Part shown: in pieces, positions 10,737 to 23,761 of the stretch
How positions within the stretch are numbered: position 1 is the stretch's first letter
How the letters are laid out: every line of letters begins with the position of its first letter
Origin: an uncultured delta proteobacterium
GTDB lineage: Bacteria; Myxococcota_A; UBA9160; SZUA-336
NCBI GenBank assembly: GCA_963704165.1
Contig: CAVPHD010000009.1
Coordinates: 259,673 to 323,672, forward strand
Length of the DNA: 64,000 bases
Reading direction: 5' to 3'
Made by a program: the position numbers and the translations under genes
Notes under the pieces: generated by a model
Databases searched by the model: none
The model's input: the letters and a program-made list of their open reading frames with translations, nothing else
Told to the model about the DNA's origin: nothing

Positions 10737-11914
10737 TAGGTCGTGTACTCCGCGTTGACGCGCACGTATTCGTAGGAGAAGTCGGTCGTCAGCATGCGCG
10801 CGTTCCCGGGTCCGCGGCCGATCGAGATCTCGATCGCGACCTCCTTCCTCTTCATCGCGCGCTCCGCCCGGCGCAGACCCGTCCGGCCTCCCGAGGGCTC
10901 GCCGCCGCGAAGCATCTCGACGCCTCCGATCTTCACGCCGACGTTCGCCGGCAGAAGTGGAACCCCGGCCGCACCGATCGCCTGAACGATCCGGCCCCAA
11001 TTCGGATCCGCACCGAAGAGCGCCGTCTTCACCAGCGCGGAGTTCGCGACGCTGCGCGCGACGCGGTCCGCGTCGCGATCGCTGCGCGCGCCCGAAACCG
11101 CGACCGTCGCGAGCTTCGTCACGCCCTCGCCATCCCGCGCCAGCCGGTAGCAGAGCTCGGAGCTCGTCTCGAGCAGGGCGCGCTCGAACTCGCGGGCCCG
11201 TGCGGAGCCGACGCCGATCGGCCGGTTTCCGGCGGCCCCGTTCGCGAGCACCAGCACCGTGTCGCTGGTGCTGGTCTCACCGTCGATCGTGAGCGCATTG
11301 AAGGTCGGCGTGACCGCCTCGCGAAGCGCGGCCCGGAGAAATGCGGGCTCGACCGCGAGATCGGTCACGATGTAGGCGAGCATCGTCGCCATGCGCGGCA
11401 TGATCATGCCTGCGCCCTTCGCCATCCCGACCAGCCGGAAGCCGCGCGCTCGCGTATGCACGAGCTTCGGCACGTTGTCGGTGGTGAGGATCGCCTTCGC
11501 GGCGCGCTCGAAGCCACGCGGCGAGAGCTCGGCGACGGCGCGCGGAATGCCCTCGCGAAGCTTCTCCATCGGCAGCGTTCGGCCGATCACGCCCGTCGAG
11601 GCGACCTGGATCTCGCGGCTGCGGGCGCCGATCGCACGCGCGAGGAGCCGCGTCATCTCGCGCGCGTCCGCCAGCCCGCGCGCGCCGTTCGCCACGTTCG
11701 AGATCCCGCTGTTCACGACGGCGCCGCGCGCGACCCCGCCGCGGATGTGGCTGCGCGAGACGACCACCGGCGCGCCGGGAAAGCGGCTGCTCGTGAAGAC
11801 CGCGGCCGCCGCGGCGGGGCGATCCGAGACGATCAGCGCGAGATCGGGCTTGCCGCTGGGCTTGATGCCGCAGGCGATACCCGCGGCGAGAAAGCCCGGA
11901 ACATCGACCGCCAC
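10736..11914 (-). CDS. argJ: bifunctional glutamate N-acetyltransferase / amino-acid acetyltransferase
   Basis: 392-aa ORF with GIKPSGKPDLALI and the autoprocessing region MATMLAYIVTD. Confidence 0.94.
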   Translation of the reverse strand: MAVDVPGFLAAGIACGIKPSGKPDLALIVSDRPAAAAAVFTSSRFPGAPVVVSRSHIRGGVARGAVVNSGISNVANGARGLADAREMTRLLARAIGARSREIQVASTGVIGRTLPMEKLREGIPRAVAELSPRGFERAAKAILTTDNVPKLVHTRARGFRLVGMAKGAGMIMPRMATMLAYIVTDLAVEPAFLRAALREAVTPTFNALTIDGETSTSDTVLVLANGAAGNRPIGVGSARAREFERALLETSSELCYRLARDGEGVTKLATVAVSGARSDRDADRVARSVANSALVKTALFGADPNWGRIVQAIGAAGVPLLPANVGVKIGGVEMLRGGEPSGGRTGLRRAERAMKRKEVAIEISIGRGPGNARMLTTDFSYEYVRVNAEYTT

Positions 11915-11915
11915 G

Positions 11916-14609
<2,694 letters not shown>

Positions 14610-14664
14610 GAAAGTCTCCCGGGGCGGGCCGGAGTATACGGAAGGGCCTCTTCCCGGGCCAGAA

Positions 14665-15618
14665 TCAGTCGAGGATGTAGTTGCGCGGATTCACGGTCTT
14701 GCCGTTCACGAGCACCGCGTAGTGCAGGTGGGGACCCGTGCTTCGACCCGTCGAGCCCATGAGGCCGATCTGCTGACCGCGCTTCACGGTCTGACCCGGC
14801 TTCACGAGCGTCTCCTGCATGTGTCCGTAGACGGTCTCGATGCCGTAGCCGTGACGCATCTTGACGGCGATGCCCAGGGAGCGCTTCGAGGTCGCGTAGA
14901 TGACCTGGCCGTCCGCGGCCGCGTAGATCGGCGTCCCCATCCGGCCGGCGATGTCGAGTCCCTTGTGGAACTCGCGACCTCCCGTTTGCGGCGACGTCCG
15001 GTAGCCGAACGCGGAGGTCACCCAGCCGCGTGTCGGCGAGATCGAGGGCGTGTGCACGAGCCGCACCGCCTGGTCCTCGAGGTGAGTGATCAGGCCCTGC
15101 AGGCTCTGCTCCTGGGCGTCCGCAGCATCGGCGAGTGTCTCGAGCCCTTCCCGGATGATGTCGCGGCGTTTCGCCCGAGAGAGCCAGGACACGTCGTCCG
15201 CATCGAGGAGCTGTCCGTCGGTTCCGCCGATTCCCGGCAGCGGCAGCGGATCGGCCGGATCGAGATTCGTGATCACCCGGAGCTTGCGCTCGAAGCCCTC
15301 GATGCTCCCGAGCCGGGTGGAGATCGTCTCCATCTTCTCTGCGTACGCGTGCAGCTCCTGGCGCTGCTCGCTGGTCTCGCGGCGCAGCCGCTCGAGCTCG
15401 GAGAGGCTCACGCGCACTCTCACGTAGTCGACCGAGAGCACGAGCAGGGCAACCGCCGCGGCGACGCCCGCATATCCGGCGCGGCGGATCCAGATGCGAG
15501 GCAGGTGGAAGCGCCGGATCGAGCCGGCGGAGCCGGGCACGATCATCAGGGTGACGACGTCCTCGTTCCGAGGAGAGGTCGAGCTAGACACCGGAGCGGC
15601 CTCCGGCGGCGGCCGCAT
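14665..15618 (-). CDS. M23 (LytM) family metallopeptidase with N-terminal TM and coiled coil (EnvC/NlpD-like)
   Basis: 317-aa ORF with the catalytic motifs [20 protein letters not shown] and [17 protein letters not shown]. Alternative start at ATG 15546. Confidence 0.88.
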   Translation of the reverse strand: MRPPPEAAPVSSSTSPRNEDVVTLMIVPGSAGSIRRFHLPRIWIRRAGYAGVAAAVALLVLSVDYVRVRVSLSELERLRRETSEQRQELHAYAEKMETISTRLGSIEGFERKLRVITNLDPADPLPLPGIGGTDGQLLDADDVSWLSRAKRRDIIREGLETLADAADAQEQSLQGLITHLEDQAVRLVHTPSISPTRGWVTSAFGYRTSPQTGGREFHKGLDIAGRMGTPIYAAADGQVIYATSKRSLGIAVKMRHGYGIETVYGHMQETLVKPGQTVKRGQQIGLMGSTGRSTGPHLHYAVLVNGKTVNPRNYILD

Positions 15619-15955
15619 CGAGCGACACCTTCAACACGAGCTTTCCCATCCGGAGCTCGTCACCGTGCGCGAGCACCCGGCGCTGCTCGCGGGAGCCGTT
15701 CACGAGGGTGCCGTTCGTGCTGCCCAGATCCTGCACGAACGCCGCGGGACCCTCGTAGCCGAAGAGCGCGTGCGCGCGCGAGATCGTGGCCTCGTTCAGA
15801 ACCAGGTCGGCGTTTCGCCCACGACCGATCACGGTGCTCGCGCGATCGAGCTCCCACTCGAGACCCTCGTAGAAGCCGCTCTCGATGCGCAGGTGCGCGC
15901 GCTGCGCCGCAGGCGGTACTGCCGGATCCGTCCCCGAGGCCTTTGCTCGAGCCAA
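15584..15955 (-). CDS. small FHA-domain protein
   Basis: C-terminal part of ORF 15584..16177: ...YEGLEWELDRASTVIGRGRNADLVLNEATISRAHALFGYEGPAAFVQDLGSTNGTLVNGSR... Start assigned to TTG 15953-15955, 6 nt after GGGAGG and downstream of the recN stop. Confidence 0.75.
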   Translation of the reverse strand: MARAKASGTDPAVPPAAQRAHLRIESGFYEGLEWELDRASTVIGRGRNADLVLNEATISRAHALFGYEGPAAFVQDLGSTNGTLVNGSREQRRVLAHGDELRMGKLVLKVSLDAAAAGGRSGV

Positions 15956-16040
15956 GTTTTGCCTCCCAAGCGGAGGGCGTGACCGCCCTTTGTGCTCGAG
16001 AGCGGCATCGGCGAGGCCTATGGAAAGTTGAGGAAGCCGG

Positions 16041-17741
16041 TCACAAAACGCGGGCGCGCGCCGGTGGGACGGCCGCCAGGAGCTCCCGCGCGTGAGCACG
16101 TGCAGCATCCGTGACACGGCCGCCACCCATCCGCGCGATCTCGTCGACCCGCGACTCGCCCTCCAAACGCTCGACACGCGTCAGCGTTCTCCCGGCGCGG
16201 AGCGACTTCACGACTCGGTGATGCGCATCGCCGAGCGCGGCGAGCTGCGGCAGATGGGTGATGCAGATCACCTGATTCCGTGCGGCGAGCGCGCGCAGGC
16301 GTTCGCCGACACGAACCGCCGTGCGGCCGCCGAGCCCGGCGTCGATCTCGTCGAAGAGCAAGAGACCGCTCGACGCCGCGTCCCGAAGCACGTTCCGGAG
16401 CGCGAGGAGCAGGCGCGAGAGCTCACCGCCCGAGGCCGCGTCGCGAAGCCGGCCGGGCGCCTCGCCGGGATTCGCCGCGAGCAGGAACGTCGCGCGTTCT
16501 CGCCCCGATGGGCCCGAAGGCGGATCGAGACCGTCGGCGCCCTTCGCAGGGAGCGCCTCGAAGGCGACGTGCAGCTTCGCGCGACCGAGCTCGAGCTCGG
16601 CGAGCTCGGCGGTGACCGAGCGCTCGAGACCCAGGGCCGCCTCCCGGCGCGCCTCGGAGAGCGCGCGGCTGCGAGAGTCGAGCTGCTCGCCGGCGGCTTC
16701 GAGATCGCGTGCGAGCTCGGACGTCCTCGCATCTCCGCCCTCGAGTCCGGCGAGCTCGGCGCGCGCGCGATCGCGGTGCGCGAGCACGTCTTCGATCGTC
16801 GCGCCGTAGCGCGACTGCAGTCGGCGAAGCTCACCGAGTCGCTGCTCGACCTGTGCGAGCCGTTCCGGATCGGCCTCGAGGCGCGCGGTATAGCGAGAGA
16901 GCGCAAGCGACGCTTCGTCGAGCTCGATGCGCGCGCGCTCGAGCGCAGCCTCCGGCTCCGCGAGCTCCGCGTCGAGCTCGTGGAGTCCGCGAAGCGCCGC
17001 GCGCGCGGAGCCGAGCTTCTCGCGCAGGCCTTCGTCGCCGTCGAGGATTTCGAGCGCGAGCGCGCTTGCCTGCGCGAGTCGATCGACGTGCCCGAGGCGC
17101 GAGTGCTCCGCGACGAGATCTTCGAGCTCGCCAGCGAGCGGCGCGGCGCGCTCGATCTGCTCGATCTCGAAGCGCAGCTGATCCTCGCGCCGCGCGAGCG
17201 CCTCGCGGTCGCGCCTGCGCGTCGCGATCGCGGTCGCGAGCTCGCGCCAGCGTCGATACAGCGCGGCCACCTCGCCCGCCGCCGCGGAGAGCTCGGCGTA
17301 GGCGTCGAGCAGCTCGCCCTGCGCTTCGGGCCGGAGCAAGCGCTGGTGCTCTCCCTGACTGGTGATCTCGAGAGCCTCGCCGACGAGCTCCGCGAGCAGC
17401 GATACGGTCGCGAGCTTTCCGTTGATGGACACCTTGCCACGACCCGCGCGTGAGAGCGTGCGCGAGAGAAGCAGCTCGTCGTCGTCGTCGGACGCGAGGC
17501 CGAGCTCCCGGGCGCGCGCGAGCAGGGTCGGGGAACGCAACGTCGCCTCGACCGAGGCCTCGGCCGCGCCCGCGCGCACGAGCTCGGATCCGACTCGTTG
17601 CCCCGAGAGCAACGCGATCGCCCCGAGCAGGACCGACTTGCCCGCACCGGTCTCGCCGGTGACGACGGTCAGGCCCGGCTCGAGCTCGAGTTCGAGCGAC
17701 TCGATCGTGACCAGATTCCGCACGCGCAATGTCTCGATCAA
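16041..17741 (-). CDS. recN: DNA repair protein RecN
   Basis: 566-aa [44 protein letters not shown]... with a long coiled coil and a C-terminal ..LLFDEIDAGLGG.. motif. Confidence 0.95.
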   Translation of the reverse strand: MIETLRVRNLVTIESLELELEPGLTVVTGETGAGKSVLLGAIALLSGQRVGSELVRAGAAEASVEATLRSPTLLARARELGLASDDDDELLLSRTLSRAGRGKVSINGKLATVSLLAELVGEALEITSQGEHQRLLRPEAQGELLDAYAELSAAAGEVAALYRRWRELATAIATRRRDREALARREDQLRFEIEQIERAAPLAGELEDLVAEHSRLGHVDRLAQASALALEILDGDEGLREKLGSARAALRGLHELDAELAEPEAALERARIELDEASLALSRYTARLEADPERLAQVEQRLGELRRLQSRYGATIEDVLAHRDRARAELAGLEGGDARTSELARDLEAAGEQLDSRSRALSEARREAALGLERSVTAELAELELGRAKLHVAFEALPAKGADGLDPPSGPSGRERATFLLAANPGEAPGRLRDAASGGELSRLLLALRNVLRDAASSGLLLFDEIDAGLGGRTAVRVGERLRALAARNQVICITHLPQLAALGDAHHRVVKSLRAGRTLTRVERLEGESRVDEIARMGGGRVTDAARAHARELLAAVPPARARVL

Positions 17742-18652
17742 GAAGAGCCCCAGCCGAGCTTCGTGCGCAGCGTCTCGAAGTGATCGTGCGGGGGCGTGGC
17801 GACGAAGCGCGCGGACTCCCGCGCCTTCACCACGCGCACCTCGTCGCCGGATTGCAGCGTCGCGCCGACCTGGCCGTCGAGCGTCAGCGTCGCGTCTTCC
17901 GGGGATCGCAGCCGGACGAGGATCTCGCGATCGTCCGGCAGCACGAGCGGACGCAGACTCAGGGTGTGCGGGCAGATCGGATTCAGGATCGCCGCGGGCA
18001 CGCGCGGATCGACGATCGGCCCCCCGGCGGACAGGTTGTATGCCGTCGAGCCGGTGGGCGTGGCGACGATCAACCCGTCCGAGCGGTAGCTCGAGACGAT
18101 CCGTCCATCGACTCGGGCTTCGAGCTCGATCAACCGCGCCAGCGCGGAGCCCTTCGTGATCACCGCGTCGTTCAGCACGAGCTCGCGCAAGAGCGCGCGG
18201 CCGGCGCGCATGTGCGTCACCTCGAAGCGGGTCCGTTCGACGATCTGGTGCGCGCCGCGGAGCAGCACGCCGAGTGCGGCCTCGGCTTCTTCGGGGTTCA
18301 CGGCCGTGAGAAAGCCGAGGTGACCGAGATTCACCGCGAGCACGGGAATCGAGCGCGCGCCGATTGCACGCACCGCAGCGAGCACCGATCCATCGCCGCC
18401 GAAAACGACGAGCAGGTCCGCTCCATCGACGATCTGCTCGAGCGGGAGCCCACGGCTGCCGGCGACGTGACTCGCGGCGGCGGCATCGAGTGCGACCTCG
18501 AGGCCGTGCGACCGGATCTGCTCGACCACGCGGGTGACGAGCGCGCCGACCCCGCTCGGGCCTGGCGCCTGGCCAGCCTTTACGGTGAGAGCGATTCGCT
18601 TCCAGCCGCCCATGCGGCTTCCGACGATACGTCCCGCGAAAGTGGCGGGCAA
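17738..18652 (-). CDS. nadK: NAD+ kinase
   Basis: 304-aa ORF with the GGDGSVL and ...TPTGSTAYNLSAGGPIV motifs. The start is probably ATG 18613 (MGGWKRIALTV). Confidence 0.92.
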   Translation of the reverse strand: MPATFAGRIVGSRMGGWKRIALTVKAGQAPGPSGVGALVTRVVEQIRSHGLEVALDAAAASHVAGSRGLPLEQIVDGADLLVVFGGDGSVLAAVRAIGARSIPVLAVNLGHLGFLTAVNPEEAEAALGVLLRGAHQIVERTRFEVTHMRAGRALLRELVLNDAVITKGSALARLIELEARVDGRIVSSYRSDGLIVATPTGSTAYNLSAGGPIVDPRVPAAILNPICPHTLSLRPLVLPDDREILVRLRSPEDATLTLDGQVGATLQSGDEVRVVKARESARFVATPPHDHFETLRTKLGWGSS

Positions 18653-18666
18653 GCTAGACTCCCTTC

Positions 18667-19998
18667 GTGGAGCTCTTCCCGCGTGAACCCGCGGTCACGC
18701 CTGCGCCCGCGCGCGACGCTCCGCTCGCCGCGCGGATGCGGCCGCGGACGCTCGACGAATTCGTAGGTCAGGCGCACCTGCTCGGTGCGAGCGGTCCGTT
18801 GGGTCCCGTGCTCGCGGCGAAGGGCAAGCTGCCGTCGTGCATCTTCTGGGGACCTCCGGGATCGGGCAAGACGACGCTCGCGCGCCTGCTCTGCGAGCGC
18901 GCCGGGCTTCGCTTCGCCGCGATCTCCGCCGTGCTCGCCGGCGTGAAGGATCTTCGCGAAGAGATCGCGCGCGCCGACGACGAACTCCGCCGCGGCGTTC
19001 GCACCGCGCTTTTCGTCGACGAGATTCACCGATTCAACAAGGCGCAGCAGGATGCGCTCCTGCCGTGGGTCGAGCGCGGAACCGTGGTTCTCCTCGGCGC
19101 GACGACCGAGAACCCCTCCTTCGAGGTGATCCCCGCGCTGCGCTCGCGCGCGCGGATCTTCACGCTGAAGCCGCTCGACGCAGCCGCGATCGAGGCGGTC
19201 GCGTTGCGTGCGCTCGAAGATCGCGAGCACGGCCTCGGAGCGCGCGAGCTCACGATCGCGAAGGACGCGCTCGACCTGATCGCCCGGATCGCGCAAGGCG
19301 ATGCCCGCCGCGCCCTCGGGCTGCTCGAGTCCGCCGCCGAACGCGCCGAGCGAACGATCGAGCGCGACCACGTCGCCGCCGCGTTCGAGTCGCGCCTCCC
19401 CGACCACGACAAGGGCGGCGAAGCGCACTACGACGTGATCTCCGCGTTCATCAAGAGCCTGCGCGGAAGCGATCCCGATGCTTCGGTCTACTGGCTCGCG
19501 CGCATGCTCGACGGCGGCGATGAACCTCGCTTCATCGCGCGGCGACTCCTGATCTTCGCGGCCGAGGACGTCGGCAACGCCGATCCGAACGCTCTCGTCG
19601 TCGCCGTCGCGGCCGCCGAAGCCTTCGATCGCGTCGGTCTTCCGGAAGGAAGGCTGATCCTGTCCCAGGCCACGACCTATCTCGCGTGCGCGCCAAAGAG
19701 CAACGCGAGCACGCTCGCGATCGCGCGAGCGTCCGAGTCCGCGCAAGAGCACGGCGCCCTGCCCGTCCCGCTGCACCTGCGAAACGCCCCGACGGAGCTC
19801 CTGCGCGAGCTCGAGTACGGCAAGGGCTACCGCAGCCCGCACGACGACCCGAGTCACTTCGTGCGCGAGCAGTATCTGCCCGATGCGCTGGTCGGCGCGC
19901 GGTTCTACGAGCCATCGGATCAGGGCGAGGAGTCACGGATCGCCGCACGCCAGCACCGACGTTGGTCGAAGCCCGGGGACGAGAGCGGGACGGGCTAG
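18667..19998 (+). CDS. rarA: replication-associated recombination protein A (AAA+ ATPase)
   Basis: 443-aa ORF: ...MRPRTLDEFVGQAHLLG...FWGPPGSGKTTLARLL...FVDEIHRFNKAQQDALLP... Confidence 0.94.
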   Translation: MELFPREPAVTPAPARDAPLAARMRPRTLDEFVGQAHLLGASGPLGPVLAAKGKLPSCIFWGPPGSGKTTLARLLCERAGLRFAAISAVLAGVKDLREEIARADDELRRGVRTALFVDEIHRFNKAQQDALLPWVERGTVVLLGATTENPSFEVIPALRSRARIFTLKPLDAAAIEAVALRALEDREHGLGARELTIAKDALDLIARIAQGDARRALGLLESAAERAERTIERDHVAAAFESRLPDHDKGGEAHYDVISAFIKSLRGSDPDASVYWLARMLDGGDEPRFIARRLLIFAAEDVGNADPNALVVAVAAAEAFDRVGLPEGRLILSQATTYLACAPKSNASTLAIARASESAQEHGALPVPLHLRNAPTELLRELEYGKGYRSPHDDPSHFVREQYLPDALVGARFYEPSDQGEESRIAARQHRRWSKPGDESGTG

Positions 19999-21590
19999 CC
20001 CGCGCGCGAGATCGCGATGAACAGCGTCGAGCCACCTCGACGCACCAGCAGAAGCAGCCGCGGACCGGCCGCCTGGATCCGCGCCTCGAACTCGGCCGCG
20101 TTGGAGACGGGTTTCCGGTCGGTTTCGAGAATCACATCCCCGGCTCGATCCCGGCGCTCGCGGCTGGACCGTCGGGGTCGACCTCGACGACCGCGACTCC
20201 CGCGAGATCGCCGAGATCGAGCCGCTCGCGCAGCTCGTCGTCGAGATCCGCGACGCGCAGACCGAGGGCCGCCGCGCCGCCGCGCGCCCGACTCTGCTCG
20301 GTCCGGCCGCCACCGTCTTCGAGCTTGACGACCGTGATCTCCGCGCGAACCGAGTCCCCTTCGCGAAGCAGCATCACCTCGATCGTCTTTCCGACCGGCG
20401 TCGCGGCGACCGCGCGCGACAGATCGCTGAGCTTTCGGATCGGCTTTCCGTCGAGGCTCCGGATCACGTCGCCTCGCTGCAGTCCGGCACGCTGCGCGGG
20501 ACCGTCGGGCATGACCTGCGCGACGAGCGCGCCGTCCGTTCCCTCGATCGAGAGCGCCTTCGCGAGCTCCGGTGTCACGGCCTGCACCGAGACGCCGATC
20601 CAGCCGCGCGTGACGCTTCCGGTCTCCTTCAGTTGGGGAAGGATGTCCTTCGCCAGATTGATCGGGACCGCGAAGCCGATCGTGTTCGCCTGCGGGTTGA
20701 TCGCCGTGTTGACCCCGATCACCGCGCCGCGACAGGTCGAGAAGGGGTCCGCCGGAGTTCCCGGGATTGATCGCGGCGTCGGTCTGGATGTAGTCGTCGT
20801 ACGGCCCCTGACCGAGCTCGCGCCCCTTCGCCGACACGATCCCGAACGTCACGGTGTGGTCGAGGCCGAAGGGATTTCCGATCGCGACGACGAAGTCACC
20901 GGGCAGGATCGCGTCCGAGTCACCGAGCCGGAGCGGGTGCAGGTCCGCTTCGCGTTCGACCCGGATCAGGGCGATGTCGGTCTTCGGATCGAGGCCGACG
21001 ACCGAGGCGGCGCTCTGGGTGCCGTCGGAGAAGTGCACGCGGATCTCGTCCACGCCATCGACCACGTGGTGATTGGTGACGATGTAGCCGTCCGCCGAGA
21101 TCACGAAGCCGCTGCCCATGCTCGGAACCCGGAACTCCTGCGGCGCGGGACGCTGCGGGGACTCGCGCCGGCCGCGCCGACCGAAGAGGTCGGGAAAGCC
21201 CGGAAACGGAAATCCTGGAGCGCGAGACGGTTGACGGACCACCGTCTTCGACGTGTGCACGTTCACGATCCCCGGCGCCGCTTCGAGCGCGAGCTTCGCG
21301 ATCCGCGAGTGCGTCTCCCCGACTCGACCCTCGATCGGGTCTTCGGACCAGAACCGGGCGGCTGCGTTCGCAGGGACCGCCGGTGGGTCCGGAAGCAGGC
21401 CCGACCGGAGGAAGAGAAATGCCGCGGCCACCCCGATCACCGCGCCAAGACCGATCTGCACTGCTCGCTGCACGCGCCCTCCGGTTCGATCCGCCGTTCG
21501 CAAAATAGCGACCCCCGTCGATCGATGCCCCGCCCGAGGTCCGCTCGACATCGCGCGGGGTTTGCGTCGATCATGCCAGCGCGGAAGCAA
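19995..21590 (-). pseudogene. htrA: HtrA/DegP/DegQ-family serine protease (trypsin domain plus two PDZ) interrupted by two compensating frameshifts, or by assembly indels
   Basis: The outer frame carries the protease core up to ..TDAAINPGNSGGPLLDLS and resumes at GDVILETDRKPVSNAAEFEARI. The genuine middle part (VIGVNTAINPQANTIGFAVPINLAKDI...PDZ1...AGIEPG) is in another frame, tracked as ORF 20132..20722. Between the junctions the outer frame reads Arg-rich nonsense. Confidence 0.85.
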
Positions 21591-21610
21591 CGACCCGCAG
21601 GGAGTCCGAC

Positions 21611-22375
21611 ATGGTCGTCGAGTTCGAGACGGATCAACGCCTCGCCATCCTCACGCTGAATCGCCCGGAGGCGCGCAACGCGGTCAACGGCGAGGTCGCG
21701 CAAGGCCTCGAGGCCGCCCTCGACCGCTACGAATCCGATCCGGATCTCTGGGTCGCGATTCTCAAGGCGAACGGGAAGGCGTTCTGCGCCGGCGCGGATC
21801 TGAAGGAGATCGCGGCGGGCCGATTTCACCTGCTGGTCACGAAGAAGGGCGGGTTCGCGGGAATCGTCAGCCGCGCGCGGACCAAGCCGTTGATCGCCGC
21901 CATCACCGGCAGCGCGCTCGCCGGCGGCACCGAGATCGCCCTCTCCTGCGACATGATCGTCTGCTCCGAGGACACGGTCTTCGGATTGCCCGAGGTGAAG
22001 CGATCCCTGGTCGCCGCGGCCGGTGGGCTGTTTCGATTGCCGCGCGCGATCGGCATGGCGCCGGCGCTCGAAGTGATCATGACGGGTGATCCGCTCTCCG
22101 CGGCCCGCGCGCACCAACTCGGCATGGTGAATCAGGTCGTGCCCACGGATCAGGTGGTGAGTGCCGCGCGCGCCCTCGCGGACCGCGTGATCGCGAACGC
22201 GCCGATGGCCGTGCAGGCCAGCCGGGCCATCGCGGTGCGCGCGTTCATCGACGAGGACGCGGAGCTCTGGGGCGCGAGCGGTGCCGCGTTCGCCGAGATC
22301 GGAAAGACGGAGGATTTCAAGGAAGGTCCGCGCGCGTTCATCGAGAAGCGCGCGCCGCGCTGGACGGGAAGATGA
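21611..22375 (+). CDS. enoyl-CoA hydratase/isomerase family protein
   Basis: 254-aa ORF ...LTLNRPEARNAVNGEV...GKAFCAGADLKE...; crotonase fold. Confidence 0.88.
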   Translation: MVVEFETDQRLAILTLNRPEARNAVNGEVAQGLEAALDRYESDPDLWVAILKANGKAFCAGADLKEIAAGRFHLLVTKKGGFAGIVSRARTKPLIAAITGSALAGGTEIALSCDMIVCSEDTVFGLPEVKRSLVAAAGGLFRLPRAIGMAPALEVIMTGDPLSAARAHQLGMVNQVVPTDQVVSAARALADRVIANAPMAVQASRAIAVRAFIDEDAELWGASGAAFAEIGKTEDFKEGPRAFIEKRAPRWTGR

Positions 22376-23184
22376 GCGCTTCCCCGTTCGTGCTGCGCTC
22401 GCTCGATGACGACGGGGTCTTGCTCGTCACCCTGAATCGCCCGGAGAAGAAGAACGCCTTCCACGAGGCGCAGTTCGACGCGCTCACGGACTGCCTGAAC
22501 GAGTCGCGCGAGGATCCGGCCGTCGCCGTCGTCGTGCTGACCGGCGCCGGCGGGAACTTCTCGTCCGGCGTCGATCTCGCCTCGTTCACCGGTCCGCGCC
22601 CCCCGCCGCGCGCCGACGGGAAGGCGAGCGCGTACTATGCCGGCGTCGACGCGATCTTCGACTTCGACAAACCGATGCTCGCGGCCGTGTGCGGCGTCGC
22701 GGTCGGCGGCGGCTGCACGCTCGCCGTCGCGTGCGACATCGTCTACGTCGGAGACAGCCTGCGCATGCGGCTTCCGTTCGCGAACCTGGGCTTGGTGCCC
22801 GAGATCGCGAGCAGCTACACGCTGCAGGCTGCGATCGGGCGCCAGCGCGCGAGCGAGTTGATGTTCACCGCGGAGTGGATCGACGCCGCGCGTGCGGTCG
22901 AGGTCGGAATCGCGGCACGCCGCTACCCCGACGCGCAACTTCTCGAGGCGACGCTCGCCAAGGCGCGCGAGATCGCGCAGTGGCCCGTGTCGGGGCTGCG
23001 CGCGATCAAGCAGACGCTGCAGGCCGCGCATCGGCCGGGCATCCTAGCGGCGCGCAAGATCGAGGACGAACTGATGCTGCGACTCGCCGGTTCCCCGGAG
23101 AACGTCGAGGCCGTCACCGCCTTCATGCAGAAGCGGCGCCCCGACTTCAAACGATTCAGAAAGAAGCAGGAGATCGAGAGATGA
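22372..23184 (+). CDS. enoyl-CoA hydratase/isomerase family protein
   Basis: 270-aa ORF ...VTLNRPEKKNAFHEAQFDAL...GAGGNFSSGVDL... Has a 4-nt overlap with the preceding gene. Confidence 0.85.
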   Translation: MSASPFVLRSLDDDGVLLVTLNRPEKKNAFHEAQFDALTDCLNESREDPAVAVVVLTGAGGNFSSGVDLASFTGPRPPPRADGKASAYYAGVDAIFDFDKPMLAAVCGVAVGGGCTLAVACDIVYVGDSLRMRLPFANLGLVPEIASSYTLQAAIGRQRASELMFTAEWIDAARAVEVGIAARRYPDAQLLEATLAKAREIAQWPVSGLRAIKQTLQAAHRPGILAARKIEDELMLRLAGSPENVEAVTAFMQKRRPDFKRFRKKQEIER

Positions 23185-23744
23185 AGCTGCTGAGCCTGGC
23201 GACCGAGCCGTTCACCGCGCCCTCAGATCGCGACATGCTGCCCTCGGAACGCCGCGAGTTCGTGCGCACGCATCGCACCTGCGTCTTCGGCTACGGCCGC
23301 CGCAGCGACGGGCCCGCGATGTCGATCGTCTACTACGTCCCGACGGAAGCCGACGAGCTGCTCGTCTCGACGATGCGCGGGCGCGCGAAGGCGAAGGCCG
23401 CGGCACGCGAGCGGAAGGTGAGCCTGTGCATCCTCGACGAGCGCTGGCCGTTCTCCTACGTGCAGGTCTACTGCGACGCGGTGGTCGACGACGATCCGAA
23501 GCTCGTCGTGGACGTGATGATGGCGATCGGCGGCCGGATGTCGGGCACGCCTCTGCCCGAAGCCGCTCGGCCGGTGGTCGAGGAGATGCGACGGAAGGAG
23601 GACCGCGTCGTTCTCCGCTGCCGACCCTACGCGACCTTCGCCCAGCCGCCGCGGCATCTGCACCGAAACGATCAGGCGGAGGAGGTCACGCACTGGGTGA
23701 CGGCGAGCATGCCCTGGGATGCCCGGGACGCGCGCCCCGCCTGA
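23181..23744 (+). CDS. pyridoxamine 5'-phosphate oxidase (PPOX) family, split-barrel flavoprotein
   Basis: ATG 23181 (ATGA overlap with the previous stop). The product MKLLSLATEPFTAPSDRDMLPSERREFVRTHRTCVFGYGRRSDGPAMSIVYYV...STMRGRAKAKAAARERKVSLCILDE resembles PPOX-class (possibly F420-dependent) proteins. Confidence 0.6.
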   Translation: MKLLSLATEPFTAPSDRDMLPSERREFVRTHRTCVFGYGRRSDGPAMSIVYYVPTEADELLVSTMRGRAKAKAAARERKVSLCILDERWPFSYVQVYCDAVVDDDPKLVVDVMMAIGGRMSGTPLPEAARPVVEEMRRKEDRVVLRCRPYATFAQPPRHLHRNDQAEEVTHWVTASMPWDARDARPA

Positions 23745-23761
23745 CGTGCGCGGCGCGCGGA

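Noticed and set aside
19995-21590. Treating the 531-aa htrA ORF as an intact gene with a novel Arg-rich central domain, or as a programmed frameshift.
   Set aside because: The genuine HtrA sequence (end of the protease domain and PDZ1) is readable in another frame across exactly that interval. I saw no slippery heptamer or stimulatory structure at either junction. Indels explain it better.
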